In this document: positions 37,916 to 50,010 of the stretch, in pieces
How the letters are laid out: each line of letters starts with the position of its first letter
Numbering within the stretch: the stretch's first letter is position 1
Source of the DNA: Callorhinchus milii
Taxonomy: Eukaryota
DNA length: 64,000 bases
Assembly (NCBI RefSeq): GCF_018977255.1
Contig: NW_024704742.1
Span: 78,866,001-78,930,000, forward strand
Reading direction: 5' to 3'
Translations under genes and position numbers: made by a program
Notes under the pieces: model-generated
Seen by the model: the letters and a program-made list of their open reading frames with translations, nothing else
The model's database searches: none
What the model was told of the DNA's origin: nothing

Positions 37916-38529
37916 AGTCTAATGTATCTCTCCGGGGAGAGAGTGTGCATTCCATTCCAGCAATCTATCTCTGGGATTCCCATTTGTAGGTGGAATACAT
38001 AGAATTCTCAGTTTGGTTTGGATACTCTTGAACGGGGAAATAGGATTCGCATGTGTCAAACACCAGGTTGACCAAAACAAAAATCCCCCCCCAAAAAACA
38101 AGAAGATAGGTCCTATGGACATTTAGTTAAGATTTTAAACAGATTTTTAAAATATGCAACATGAAAGAACTTGTAGTTTTATTGCAACTTATCACATACA
38201 AACATCTCAAACTACCAAATAAAATAATGGGTCTTCTTCATCCAAATGTCTCTTGTTACCTTCCAAGATAATGATGATAATATAATGAGATAATACTCCA
38301 CATCTTCCACCCAGCCCACCTTATCATCAGCGGTCGGGCCTCAGCCTCTCTGCCCTCAATCTATGGAACTCCATCCCACACTCACTTCCCCTCGTCCCCT
38401 CCCTTGTCTCTGTCAAGGCCTGTTTCAAGACATTTTCTAGTCAAATCCCTGACTGTCCAGCACCTTGGGACATCCTCCTGATATGAAAGGTGCTATACAA
38501 ATGTAATTTGCTGTTGTTGTTGAGATCAT

Positions 38530-38784
38530 CCAATTGTATTTGAATGAAGACGGCCCTTCGGCCCATTGGATCTCATTCTTTCAGGAACCACCCTACCATC
38601 CCTTCATCACTACATCAAGCTGTTTATTAAATGAGTCCAATGTCCTGGCCTCAACCACCCTTCCTGGTAACCTGTTCCATTTGTTTATTACTCTCTGGGT
38701 AATAAAACTACTTCTTGGCATTTGTCCTGAAATTACCATTTGCAACTCGAAACCTGTGCCCTTTTGCTCTCCTTGTCCAAATTT
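38530..38784 (-). mobile_element. CR1 3' fragment
   Basis: Minus strand translates TQRVINKWNRLP. Confidence 0.7.
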
Positions 38785-38921
38785 GGAGAGGTGATGGACT
38801 TCCTCAGGTCTAAAATCGGTTGCCTACGTCTCTGCTATCTCCCTCCCCAGTTTTTCCATCTCTCCTCTTCAGCTTTCACTCACTCCTCCTTCTGCACTCC
38901 CCCCCCCCCCCCCCCCCCCCC

Positions 38922-41900
38922 AGGGCTCACATCAGAGCCCACTATGGTCCTGTTGGGTTCGATGCCCCAATCTGCGGGATAATGCCATCCACCTGACCGC
39001 TCGCTCCCGGTCCCCGCGTGCGCACTATGGCTGCCGCTTTGACCCGAGCCCCCTCACCCCCTCCCTCCCTCCCCCCTCCTCTCTCCCCCCAAACCCTCCC
39101 CCCTCTCCATCTCTCCCGCTCTCTCCTCCTCTCTCTCCGTCCCTCTCGTCTTCTATCCCCACTTGACCCTCCCACAACCTCCCTCTGTTCCAGTCTGGGA
39201 ATCCTCCGCCGGGCTCACCGCGGCACTCGGCGTTGGCTGTCCAGCAGCAGCCACACCGACTGCCCCATTCCCCACCACTCTCGCCAGCCACCCCGGACAC
39301 AGACCCGGGGAGTCAACCTCTCCTCCCTCATCCCCATCTCCCCCACCCCTGCCTCACAACCTGGACCCCCCTCCCCTCCCACACACCCTTCTGTCAACCG
39401 CTCCCTCCACATCGGACTGCAAAATGTCCGCTCCCTCTGCAACAAGGCCCTGGTCATCAACGATCTCATCCTTGATGAGAACGTTGATATCATGGCCTTG
39501 ACAGAAACGTGGCTCACCCCAGGCGACACCTTCCCCCTCACGGAGGCCACGCCACCCGGCTACACCTCCCACCACATCCCCCGCCCCAACCGCCGTGGCG
39601 GTGGTGTTGCCCTTATCTCAAGGACACCACTTGCCCTATCCCCCTACTCCTCTGGCTCTTTCCCCTCCTTCGAGCACCTCACCCTCTCCCACCCCTCATT
39701 CCTCTCCCTTAAAATCCTCCTCCTCTACCGGCCCCCTAAAACCTCTCCCACCTTCATCTCTGACATTTCAACACTCCTCACATCTCTTTGCCTCTCCTCT
39801 GATCGCCTCATCATCCTGGGCGACTTTAACCTACACTTCACCCCCTCCTGCTCCATCTCCACAGACTTCTCTTCCCTGCTCTCCTCACTCAACCTTTCCC
39901 TACACATAAACTCCCCCACTCACAGTCACGGCCACCCACTCGATTTGGTGATCACCCGGGGCCTCAGTGTCTCGGATGTCACTATTACCGACAAGGCCAT
40001 CTCCGACCACTACTTCATCTCCTTCACCACCTCCACCCCCCTCCCCACCTCCACCAGACCCACCACCATCTTCTACCGCCCTTGGAAGAAGTTACCCCCA
40101 CAATCCCTAACCGATGCCTTGGAGTCCTCTGAACTCCTCTCCCTCTGGCCTTCAACCCTCACCGACCCCTCTTCTCCTCTCTCCCTCCTCCACAATATCC
40201 TCTCCTCCACACTCGATACTCTTGCCCCCATCACTTCCCGCACTGTCTCCTACTCCCGCTCCTCCCCCTGGTACACCACCCACCTCCGCTCACTGAAATG
40301 CCAGGTGCGGGCTGCTGAGCGCACCTTTGTCAAATCCGGCTTAACGGTCCACCGACAAATCTGGCTGGACCTCCTCAAAATTTACCGCTCCACTCTAGCC
40401 TCGGCCAAGTCGTCCTTCTACTCCAGGATAATCCTGGAGGCGAAGAACAACCCCAGGCTACTGTTTTCCACCACATCCCGACTCCTCCGTCCCCCCCGCC
40501 ACCCCGCGCAGGTCATCTCCTCCAACCTTCACTGCGAGGAGATGCTGGATTTCCTTGAATCCAAGATCAAGGGAATCCGCTCCGCGGTCACTTCCCCTCC
40601 AACTTCCACCCACCACCCACCCCTTCCCTCCCACACTCCGACTCCTACCCATCCTCCCCTACACACCTTCGTACCCGTTTCCCCACCCTCTGTCACTGAA
40701 CTCATCCTATCCCTAAAACCAACCACCTGCTCCCTTGACCCCATCCCCACTCCACTCCTTATCTCCCAGCTCCATTTTCTTGCCCCACACATCACTGACA
40801 TCATAAACCTGTCCCTCTCCTCTGGCTCTGTCCCCATTCCATTAAAAACTGCCATCATCACGCCCACCCTGAAAAAACCCTCCCTTGATGCGTCGCAGCT
40901 ATCAAGCTACCGGCCCATCTCCAACCTCCCCTTTCTCTCCAAGGTCTTGGAAAGAGTTGTCGCCTCCCAACTGCGCTCTTTCCTCTCCACCCATTCTCTT
41001 TTTGAACCCCTTCAGTCAGGTTTCCGTGCTGCTCATAGCACAGAAACTGCCCTGGTCAAGGTCACCAATGATATCCTGACCATCTGTGACCAGGGCTCCC
41101 TCTGTCTCCTCGTCCTCCTCGACCTATCGGCAGCATTCGATACGGTCGACCACGCTATCCTACTCCACCGCTTGTCCTCCCACCTCAACCTTCAAGGCAC
41201 TGTCCTTGAATGGTTTAGCTCTTACCTTTCCCACCGTCTTCACTTCGTCTCAACGAATGGCTTCTCCTCCACCCCCCGTACTGTCTCATGTGGTGTCCCT
41301 CAGGGCTCTGTCCTCGGTCCCCTCCTCTTCACCCTCTATATGCTCCCCCTCGGTGACATCATCCGCAAACATGGGGTTAACTTCCACATGTATGCGGATG
41401 ACACCCAACTCTACCTTTCCTCCTCTACTCTCAACTCCACGACCACCGATGTCCTGACAGCCTGCCTGTCCGACATCGAGTCCTGGACGAGAGACAACTT
41501 TCTTCAGCTCAACGTGCGAAAAACCGAGGCCCTCCTGATTGGCTCACGTCAGCGCCTCCGCACCTCAGGCGCTGACACCATCAGCATCCAAGGCTGCACT
41601 CTCCACCTCTCAAAGCCAGTCAGGAACCTCGGCGTTTTGTTCGACCCTGAGCTGTCCTTTCTCCCTCACATCCGCACCACAACTGGCACCGCCTTCCATC
41701 ACCTCCGGAATATCGCCAGATTACGGCACTACCTCACCCCTCACGCTGCTGAAACCCTGGTTCACGCCTTTGTCACCTCAAGGCTGGACTATGGGAACTC
41801 TCTCCTCGCCGGCCTTCCCGGCACCTCCCTCCACAAGCTGCAGGTCATTCAGAACTCTGCAGCTCGTGTACTGTCCCGCACCAGGCTTCGGGACCACATC

Positions 41901-42438
41901 ACTCCCACCCTCGCTCGCCTCCACTGGCTCCCCATCCCCCAGAGGATTGATTTCAAGATCCTCATCCTCACCTACAAGGCCATTCACGGCCTTGCTCCCT
42001 CCTACCTCTCCAACCTACTATCCCCCTACCTACCTGCCCGTACCCTCCGTTCCTCTGGCTCCGGTCTGCTCCACGTCCCCCGCCCCAACCGCCCTACTAT
42101 CGGTGGTCGGGCCTTCAGCCTCTCAGCCCCCAGGCTCTGGAACTCCATCCCCCAGTGCCTTCGCCTTGCTTCCTCCCTTTCCTCCTTCAAGGCCGGTCTC
42201 AAAACCTTTCTCTTTGACCGTGCCTTCAGCTCCCCTCTCGACTCTCTTCCTCCTCCTCGCTCCCTCCCTTCCCTCCCCTCACCCTGACCATTTCCCCCCT
42301 CCTCTCTCCCTCCCTTCCCTCCCCTCACCCTGACCATTTCCCCCCTGCTCGGGTCATGACCCAACTGTGCAGCGCCTTGGGACGTCCTCCTGACGTGAAA
42401 GGCGCTCTATAAATGGAATCTTGTTGTTGTTGTTGTTG
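38922..42438 (+). mobile_element. Young L2 LINE copy (short 5' leader, ORF2, 3' UTR, (TTG)n tail), antisense in an intron of the laminin-like gene
   Basis: Intact ORF2. The 3' end gcgccttgggacgtcctcctgacgtgaaaggcgctctataaatg plus (ttg)n is shared with other L2 copies in the window. Confidence 0.92.
39018..42287 (+). CDS. Intact L2-clade LINE ORF2 (AP endonuclease plus reverse transcriptase), 1089 codons from GTG or 1086 from the ATG at 39027
   Basis: APE motifs LQNVRSL, ALTETWL, GGGVAL, LYRPP, LGDFN, SDH. RT motifs [56 protein letters not shown]2-type C-terminus LHWLP..RI.FK and LWNSIP. No stops or frameshifts. Confidence 0.96.
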   Translation: MRTMAAALTRAPSPPPSLPPPLSPQTLPPLHLSRSLLLSLRPSRLLSPLDPPTTSLCSSLGILRRAHRGTRRWLSSSSHTDCPIPHHSRQPPRTQTRGVNLSSLIPISPTPASQPGPPSPPTHPSVNRSLHIGLQNVRSLCNKALVINDLILDENVDIMALTETWLTPGDTFPLTEATPPGYTSHHIPRPNRRGGGVALISRTPLALSPYSSGSFPSFEHLTLSHPSFLSLKILLLYRPPKTSPTFISDISTLLTSLCLSSDRLIILGDFNLHFTPSCSISTDFSSLLSSLNLSLHINSPTHSHGHPLDLVITRGLSVSDVTITDKAISDHYFISFTTSTPLPTSTRPTTIFYRPWKKLPPQSLTDALESSELLSLWPSTLTDPSSPLSLLHNILSSTLDTLAPITSRTVSYSRSSPWYTTHLRSLKCQVRAAERTFVKSGLTVHRQIWLDLLKIYRSTLASAKSSFYSRIILEAKNNPRLLFSTTSRLLRPPRHPAQVISSNLHCEEMLDFLESKIKGIRSAVTSPPTSTHHPPLPSHTPTPTHPPLHTFVPVSPPSVTELILSLKPTTCSLDPIPTPLLISQLHFLAPHITDIINLSLSSGSVPIPLKTAIITPTLKKPSLDASQLSSYRPISNLPFLSKVLERVVASQLRSFLSTHSLFEPLQSGFRAAHSTETALVKVTNDILTICDQGSLCLLVLLDLSAAFDTVDHAILLHRLSSHLNLQGTVLEWFSSYLSHRLHFVSTNGFSSTPRTVSCGVPQGSVLGPLLFTLYMLPLGDIIRKHGVNFHMYADDTQLYLSSSTLNSTTTDVLTACLSDIESWTRDNFLQLNVRKTEALLIGSRQRLRTSGADTISIQGCTLHLSKPVRNLGVLFDPELSFLPHIRTTTGTAFHHLRNIARLRHYLTPHAAETLVHAFVTSRLDYGNSLLAGLPGTSLHKLQVIQNSAARVLSRTRLRDHITPTLARLHWLPIPQRIDFKILILTYKAIHGLAPSYLSNLLSPYLPARTLRSSGSGLLHVPRPNRPTIGGRAFSLSAPRLWNSIPQCLRLASSLSSFKAGLKTFLFDRAFSSPLDSLPPPRSLPSLPSP

Positions 42439-43394
42439 CATCTTCCAACACCTGTCTCCTCTCTCATCTCGTTCATAGAGCCCACCACCTGTTCCCTTCA
42501 TCCCATTTCCACAACACTCCTGTCCACCCAGCTACCTCTTCTGGCTTCCCTTCCAACTAATGTAATTAATGTTTCCCTCTCCAGTGACACAGTTGCTTGT
42601 CCTCTTCCTTTCAAAACTGCTGTCTCCTTGAGAAACCCTCAGTGGATCCCTCTGTTCTCTCCAGCTACTGCCCCTTTTCCAATCTGTCCTTTCCTCATCA
42701 AGCTGTTGGAATGAGTCAGTGCCTCCCTTTTAATCTGAGTTCTTCCCCACTCACAGCATCAAGAATGGCCTGACCAAGGTCACCAATAACGTTCTCTCCA
42801 TCTGTGACCAAGGCTCTCTTTATCCCTCTGTCCTCCTCGACTGCTCTGCTGTCTTTGATAACATTGACCACACCATCATCTTTCACCATGTCTCCTCTCT
42901 GCTCCACCTCCATGATTATATCCTTTCCTTTGTATCGCTCTTATTCCATTATCTTCACTTCATCTTCTTCAATACCTCCTCCTCCTCCTGCCTGCACAAA
43001 GTTGCCTGCAGCATTCCTCAGGGCTCTATCGTTGGTCTTCTTCTTTTCACTATCTATTTGTTCTTCCTTGATGACATCTTAGGCATAGAGTCCACTTCCA
43101 TATGTATCCAGATGACACCCACCTCTATATCTATGCCTGCTCCCTTCACTTTAGGACCACTGATATTCTGACTCATTGTCTGTTAAACATTAAGTGCTGG
43201 ATGAGGTCTAACTTTCTATACCTCAATATTGACAAGACCGAGGGCCTCCTTGGCTCTCAACAGCACCTACTCACCTCAGACACTGACTACATTGATCTGT
43301 TTGATCAGGTGCTCACTCCACCTCATGTATTTGGTGTTGAGCCATGGTGTCTTCATTAGCTCTGCATTCCCACACCTTTGCAACATCATCTGAT

Positions 43395-43992
43395 TACCAT
43401 AAAATCATACAGCACTGAAAGAGGCCATTCGGCCCATCGTGTCTGTGCCAACTCCTAAAAGAGCAATCTAACTCAATCCCACTGGCCCGCCTTCTCTCCA
43501 TTGCCCTGCAATCTTGTCCTCCCCAAACACCCATTTATTTCTCTCTTAAAAGTTGTTATTGAATCGGCTTCCACTACCCTTTCAGGTAAATTGTTCCAGA
43601 TCCGAACAACTCGCTGGGTGAAATTTATTTTCCTAACCTCCCCTCTGTTTCTTTTAACAACTGTAATCTTGAAAACCTCTATTAAATCCCCTCTTAATCT
43701 TCTCTGCTCGAGGGAGAATAATCCTAGTTTCGCTAACCTTTCCTCATAATTAAGGTCCTTCATTCCTGGTACCATCCTGGTAAACCTCCTTTGCACCCTC
43801 CCTCTCCAATGCCCTAACATCTTTCCTAAAGTGCGGTGCCCAGAATTGAACGCAGTACTCCAACTGAGGCCTAACCACCATTTTATAAATATTCAACATA
43901 ACCATCTGACTTTTGAATTCTATGCCCCTATTTATAAAACCTAGTATCCCGAATGCTTTTTTAACAGCTTTATCTACCAGCTTTATCTACCT
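43395..43992 (-). mobile_element. CR1 LINE 3' fragment inserted in old L2
   Basis: ORF 43473..43820 VQRRFTRMVPGMKDLNYEERLAKLGLFSLEQRRLRGDLIEVFKI...FTQRVVRIWNNLP. Confidence 0.9.
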
Positions 43993-44994
43993 ATCCACCT
44001 TAGCAAAATTAGGATTATTCTCCCTAGAGCAGAGAAGATTAAGAGGGGATTTAATAGGTAGATTATGCCTCTACCTTTCTCCCAAGGCTGCTGAGACCCT
44101 CATCAAAACATTCATCACCTCCAGGCTCGATTACACCAATGACCTTTTCATAGAACTCCCTACAAAAGCTGCAGATCATCCAAAACTCTGCAGTCGGTGT
44201 TCTCTTCTGCACCAGGCTCCATAAACCCATTCCTCCATCCTCACTGCTCTCCACTGGTTCCCAAACTGTCATGAATCAGGTCCCCTGCCCCACCATCAGT
44301 GAGCAAGCTTTCAGCCATTCTGCCTCTGCTTCATCTGAGAGTCCCTCCACCGAGCCCTCTCCCTCTGCCTTCAAAACATATTTTAAGACCTATCTGGTGC
44401 ATCTGAATGCAAAATATACAGTCAATTCACTTTACAGTATATTCTGTGATAAGCTTTGAGACTTCTCGAAGATGTGATAAGGCCATATATCAAATGCAAG
44501 GAATATTATTATTATTATTTACATTTACAGTGTCTCATCCACCTCTTTAACTACTGGAGAGTAGCCTTCTCAGCTTATGACTCAGTGAGGAACTAATTTG
44601 TCTTACACACTGATTTAATAATCTAAACTATTTCAATAGTCACATTCATCTCAATAATGCATATTTTATGTGATCCATCTTTACTCCCAATATAATTAAT
44701 AAGCTTACAAGTTCCTTGCTTAAGTTCCCAGATGAGCAGCCTTCCAACCCAATTCTTTTGTTCGAACCAATCCTCTGAGCTCCAAAATGCAAATTCTGCA
44801 TTGGTTACGGATAAATAATTCAGCTTATATTTTTCAAGGTGTCCTCAGTGGGTTGTTGAGAACATTTTGTCTAGAGAACTTTTTTGTAGTTTTTTTATTT
44901 CAGTTTTCTATTCCCAAGTTTTCTATTTTAGGTAGTTTATCCTTAATGTAAAGAGAATAGCAATATATATTTTTCATATACAACCCAACCTGGC

Positions 44995-45550
44995 TCTAAA
45001 CTTGCTCTGTTTCACTGAGCCAGTAGCAAACCTTGGCTTGTTGTTTGACCTTCAACTCTTCTTCAAATCCCACATCCGTGCCATAATCCATTCTGCCTCT
45101 CCCACTTCTGCAACATTGCACAGCTCTGCCACTGCCTCTTCCCCAGGCTGCTGAGACCCTTATCCATGCATTCAACACATCCAGGCTTGATTATGCTAAC
45201 TCCCTGCTTGCCGGTCTTCTCGACTCTTCCCTCCACAAGATGCAGATTATTCATAATTCTGCAGCTCATGTCCTCTCCCACATCAGGCTCCATCATCTTA
45301 TCACCCCCACCCTCGCCCGACTCCACTGGCTCCCCATCCCCCAGAGGATAGTTCAAAATCCTCCTCACTTTCAAAGCCCTTTATGGCCTTGCTCCTCGCT
45401 AGCTTTGTAACCTGCTAACTCCATAACAACTTGTCCAGCATCTCCGCTTAGCAGACTCTGACCTGCTCCACATCCCCCACTTTGTCCATCCCACCATTGA
45501 CAGTCAGACCATCTGCCTCTCTGCCCCCACCCTTTGGAAATCCATCCCAC
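44995..45550 (+). mobile_element. Decayed L2 C-terminal fragment, followed by an oppositely oriented L2 fragment (45570-45705)
   Basis: AAETLIHAF, RLDYANS and [12 protein letters not shown] remnants. Confidence 0.8.
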
Positions 45551-48299
45551 AGGCGAGGTGGAAAGATTCTGGGCCCGAGTTCCGGATAATAGGGACAGAA
45601 AAGCTGAAGGCCTGGCCGCCAATGGTGGGATGGGGCAGGGGGGGGGACATAAACAAGCCAGTGTTCACCGAGCGGAGGAAGTGGACAGGTCAGTTTGGTG
45701 TTCATAGGTCACCTGATTTGATCATGAATGTGTTTTGGGAAAGGCACAGTTAGTCTGATGAAGGAAATAGGGTGCAACAGGACTGCCACAACCTGGCTAA
45801 AGAATGGCAAAACTTTATTGGGTTGACCTCAGTTTCCCATATGTAGTGGCTTTCTAGAATGTGCTGTGTTGTCATTCAGAACAGATGAGCTTTTTTCCCC
45901 CAATACATAATAATTTGGGATCAAATTTTAACAGGAAGTAGAGTAGTAAATAGCAGACATGGGAAGAGATTGAAAATGTATGAAAGATCTTCAGGGTATT
46001 ACCAATTTTATTTTTTATAGCCCTGTGTGATGACTTGGAAACCTGGATTTGAAATAAGAAAGGTAAATCGATTTTCTCAGGTAAAAAAATCATTCCAACT
46101 ATCTACTTTCCCATTGCATCTCAAACTGTATCACTGCTTAGGCTACACTTTTCTGACCTAACTGCTGAATGGCACATGAGAGCACTTGCAGAACATATGG
46201 AAGAGGTTTAAAAATGTGGCTCTCACGCAGACCTCCACATATAAATGAAATTAATTTTTAATAATCTTATCATTTCATGTAGAACCGTATCATATCACAA
46301 GCTGTCTCAATACACTTCACAGCCTTCAGAAAGGTAGCTGCCTTAAAGGGTTCCAAACAGCTGTGCCGCAAATTATTTCCCAGGAAAACCTTAATACAGG
46401 GTAATTTGCGTTCTGTGCGCGTGAATCTCTATGGGATAACAAAACCAGCACAATAGCTAATTAGAAACTGTTTTCACATCGAGCTGACTGTGGGCCAATG
46501 TATTATACAATATAATAACACACCCAACGTCTCTATCTCTGCCTCAGTTCATTCCATACATGTCTTTCTGGGCTACTGGCATCATGAATGGACTATGGCC
46601 TGATACTAGATGAAACCTGATTTATCCGAGTTGCTGCAAGCTGGAGGTCAGACAAATCTTTAAGCGGGTTAATGTAAAGCTAGGATCAGTACAACAGAAT
46701 ACAGTCACTACACTTTACAGTAAATCCTCTGACATGAATGGTGCTATATCAAATGCAAGGATTATTATTCTTAAAATACAATGTTATAGATTTGTGCTCA
46801 GCATGTTGAAGGATGATAGGCAATGTATGTGCTGTTAACATGCCTTATGCAATAGTAAAAAGCTGTGTATATATATATGGTGCCAGTGTTACTCTTAGGT
46901 TGGCATAATTTCCCACAGAATTCAATTCATCCCACAACAGGTGGCAATGTGAGGCCATTTTCATTGGATTTACGGCAGTGCTGTATCTCTAACCCAAACT
47001 ATTACAAACAACTCACAGGAATTTGGCCAAGTAACTTTTTTCCAAACAATCTTAATGAACTCCTCAAATTATGGGACCAATCTAAAATCAAGTTTGCTAT
47101 GCAGTGCATGAAATCTTGACCCTATGTGGTTGTGTTTCAGATTTCCAGCATTTGCGCTTTCCCTTGCACCTCTGTGGAACTCCAAATGCCTCCCATTTAG
47201 TTCAACTCCTCATGCTGCATTTGAACCTGCAACCTTTTGAAATATAAAAACGTTTATCGACTGGGCCAAGCTGACCCTTCTTGATGATGAGTCTAGAGTT
47301 GAAATGTGCACTGATTATCTCAAAACTTCGAGCTCTATAGGTACAGAAATCGAAATAACTCTACAGAAAAGGAATCCATAGTTGAAAAGGATAGGATTAA
47401 CACTCAACAGTGCACACCTATAATTTATAACATTGGATTTCCGTTAATTCCTATTGTGTTCTTTTCAGGTCACTCTATTTGGAACAATACATAACATGCC
47501 TGTTGTATGCATATATGCTATGCATGTACACACACATTAATTGGTTTGAGAAGTGCTGTGGATAAAGAGGAAGCTGGCTCTTCTTATAGGCAATGCCTTC
47601 TGGAGGTGCAAGAGAATTTACAGATACAGAACAACAATAGAGCAGTTAGTTGTCTGGAGGCAAGCCAAATATTTCAAGAACACATTTGCAACAAATGCAT
47701 CCATGGAACACCCACTTGGAATGAAATGCCATCATATATATTTTGCCAGGTGAAGGAAAGGTGGGAGAAGAGGGCTCAGTTGCTGCAGATATTACCTCCA
47801 CAGCAATGAGCATTTCTCAATTTATTATGTGAGAAACAGTGTTACTCTTCTTTCAGAAATATACCTGCAGTGCTTGATGAAAGAAAGCATCACTATGCTG
47901 CACATACTAGAATTAATATAGTGTTGACAGCTTAATAGAAACAGTGTTTTATGTTCATGGTTACATCTTGTTATGTGTGTATGTATCTGTCACAACGCAA
48001 GTGGAGTGTTGTGCTGTGATGCCAAACAAGTGTTTCATTCAGCAATGCAAATTATGATTCGTGCTGCAACAATTATTATTAAAATCTTCATTTAAATGCA
48101 ATCCAATACATCTGAGAAGGGGGTAGGGAATGGAGTCACAAACCAAAGGAAGATTAAAGAAACTATTTCTGTTTCAAAGCACTGAACAAGCACACAAAAG
48201 AAATTCACAGTTGAAAAGGAGAGGGTTAAAATGACTAAAGCTCAGTTTGTGGTCAGAGGATAAACCTACTTTTTAATGTATGACTGAGCTAATGCTAGT

Positions 48300-48622
48300 G
48301 GAGTCCTGTAGCTCAGTGGTTAGAGCACTCGCTTTGCAAGTGAGAGACCTGAGTTCAATTCCAGGCACAGGGCGGAACCTTGGGCAAGTTTCCTTACTCC
48401 ACACAGAGCCTAATAATAATCCCTCCAAAACCAAAAACAATAATAAATTGGTCATTTTCAATCCATGACTGTTTGTGGGACATTGCTGTGCGCAATTGGC
48501 TGCCGCATTCGCCCACAAATATACAGTCAATTCACTTTACAGCATATTCTGTGAAGTGCTTTGGGACATCTAGAAGATGTGAAAAGCGCTATATCAAATG
48601 CAAGGATTATTATTATTATTAT
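48300..48622 (+). mobile_element. Young tRNA-Ala SINE (full length)
   Basis: Near-identical to the 36049 copy. Confidence 0.92.
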
Positions 48623-49494
48623 AATACAAATGAGGAAGCTGCCGAGTTTGATTCCTGGTCAGAGTTAACTAAGTTGATATTAGCTACCTATTGATAAGCT
48701 ATTGATCTTCTATCTGGTGACCACTTCTGCACAGTAAGTGGTTGTAAAGACAGGCACAACCACTATGCTTACAGCCAATTATTTTCCAGGAGGGGTCAGC
48801 CTGTTTCAGTTGCAAGTACTTTTGCCTCGTAGTCATCAGAAGGTTGTGCATTCAAATCCCATGTTGGGATTTTGAACTCACATAGCCTAGTCACATAGAA
48901 TGGGCATATAGAATGACACAGGCTGTCATTTTTGTGTGGTGCTGGAGGACTGTTGCATTGTTGGAGATATCATCGTTTGAATGAGATGTTACACTAAGGC
49001 CCATCTGCTTGTTTAGATGGCCATTAAACATCCGATGCCACTCTTGAAAAAGAGAAGAGAGTTTCTCCCAGTATCCTGAAAACAATTCTCCAAATAAAAT
49101 CAATCATTCACTTCTTGGCTGTTTGTGGGACATTGCTGTGAGCAAATTTTGTTGCTGGGTTCACCCACAGAAGACACAGTCAGAATACTTTACAGTAAGT
49201 TAATGAAGTGCTTTGAGACATCCTCGTGACATGAAAAGCACTACAACCAAATGTAAGGATTAAACTCCTGTCTCTTCTTGAATAGTGCCATGAAATCATT
49301 AATGTCGATCTGAACAGGCAGGTGAGACCTAAATTGAACATTTGATCTGAAGAACAGCACTGACAATGTAGTTCACTTCTTTTTTCTGGCTCAACTCCTA
49401 CTATATAGTGGGAACCTCACTGACTCCTCACACCTTGATTTTAACAATGCCTACTTTGCTGGCCTTCCCAGCTCCACCATTAATAAATAAAAAA

Positions 49495-49775
49495 GGATAT
49501 TGCAGCGATTGAGAGGAGAGGGGATGGAGGGACTGGACTATGAGGAGCAATTAGATAAACTGGGCATGTTCACACTGGAGAAGAATAGGTTGAGGGGTGA
49601 TATGATTATGGTCTTTAAGATTCTGAAGGGAATAGACAACATAGACCATGACAATCTTGTAACATAGTAGAACCAGAGAACACGGCCTACGACTGAAGGG
49701 GGTAAACCCAGAACAAATCTGCAGAAACACTACTTCAGTGAGAGAGTAGCAAGCTTATGGAACAGGCTCCCTATG
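49495..49775 (+). mobile_element. CR1 fragment
   Basis: LDYEEQLDKLGMFTLEKNRLRGDMI...FSERVASLWNRLP. Confidence 0.8.
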
Positions 49776-50010
49776 ATGGTTACAACGAAGGCCACAGAGA
49801 GGCTTTGTGGTGGTTGTGATCAGGAAAGGGTCACACACCTGGCAAGGGTGAAGCTGACACATTTGGCTGCTTTATTACCTTAATCCTAATCAGCAGTGGG
49901 AATGATCCATTTTTTGCATGACCTAACCCTGTGACTCATTCATTCACTGTATGATGGAACATCTCTGTGATATTAATTTTCCTCCCATCCACATGTAACC
50001 ATGTGGTTAC

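Larger units (their letters stand above)
38785..44400 (+). mobile_element. Older decayed L2 copy that hosts the young L2 (38922-42438) and a CR1 fragment (43395-44058)
   Basis: 38785-38840 translates like (E)VMDFLRSKI (ORF2 [11 protein letters not shown]). Homology resumes at about 42440 (EPTTCSLHPI) and continues through YPDD (43102) and, after the CR1, through AAETLIKTFITSRLDY (44090-44140). Confidence 0.75.

Noticed and set aside
41539..42333. 264-aa alternative-frame ORF and antisense ORFs within the L2
   Set aside because: Expected from the C-rich codon bias of L2 ORF2; no domain motifs.
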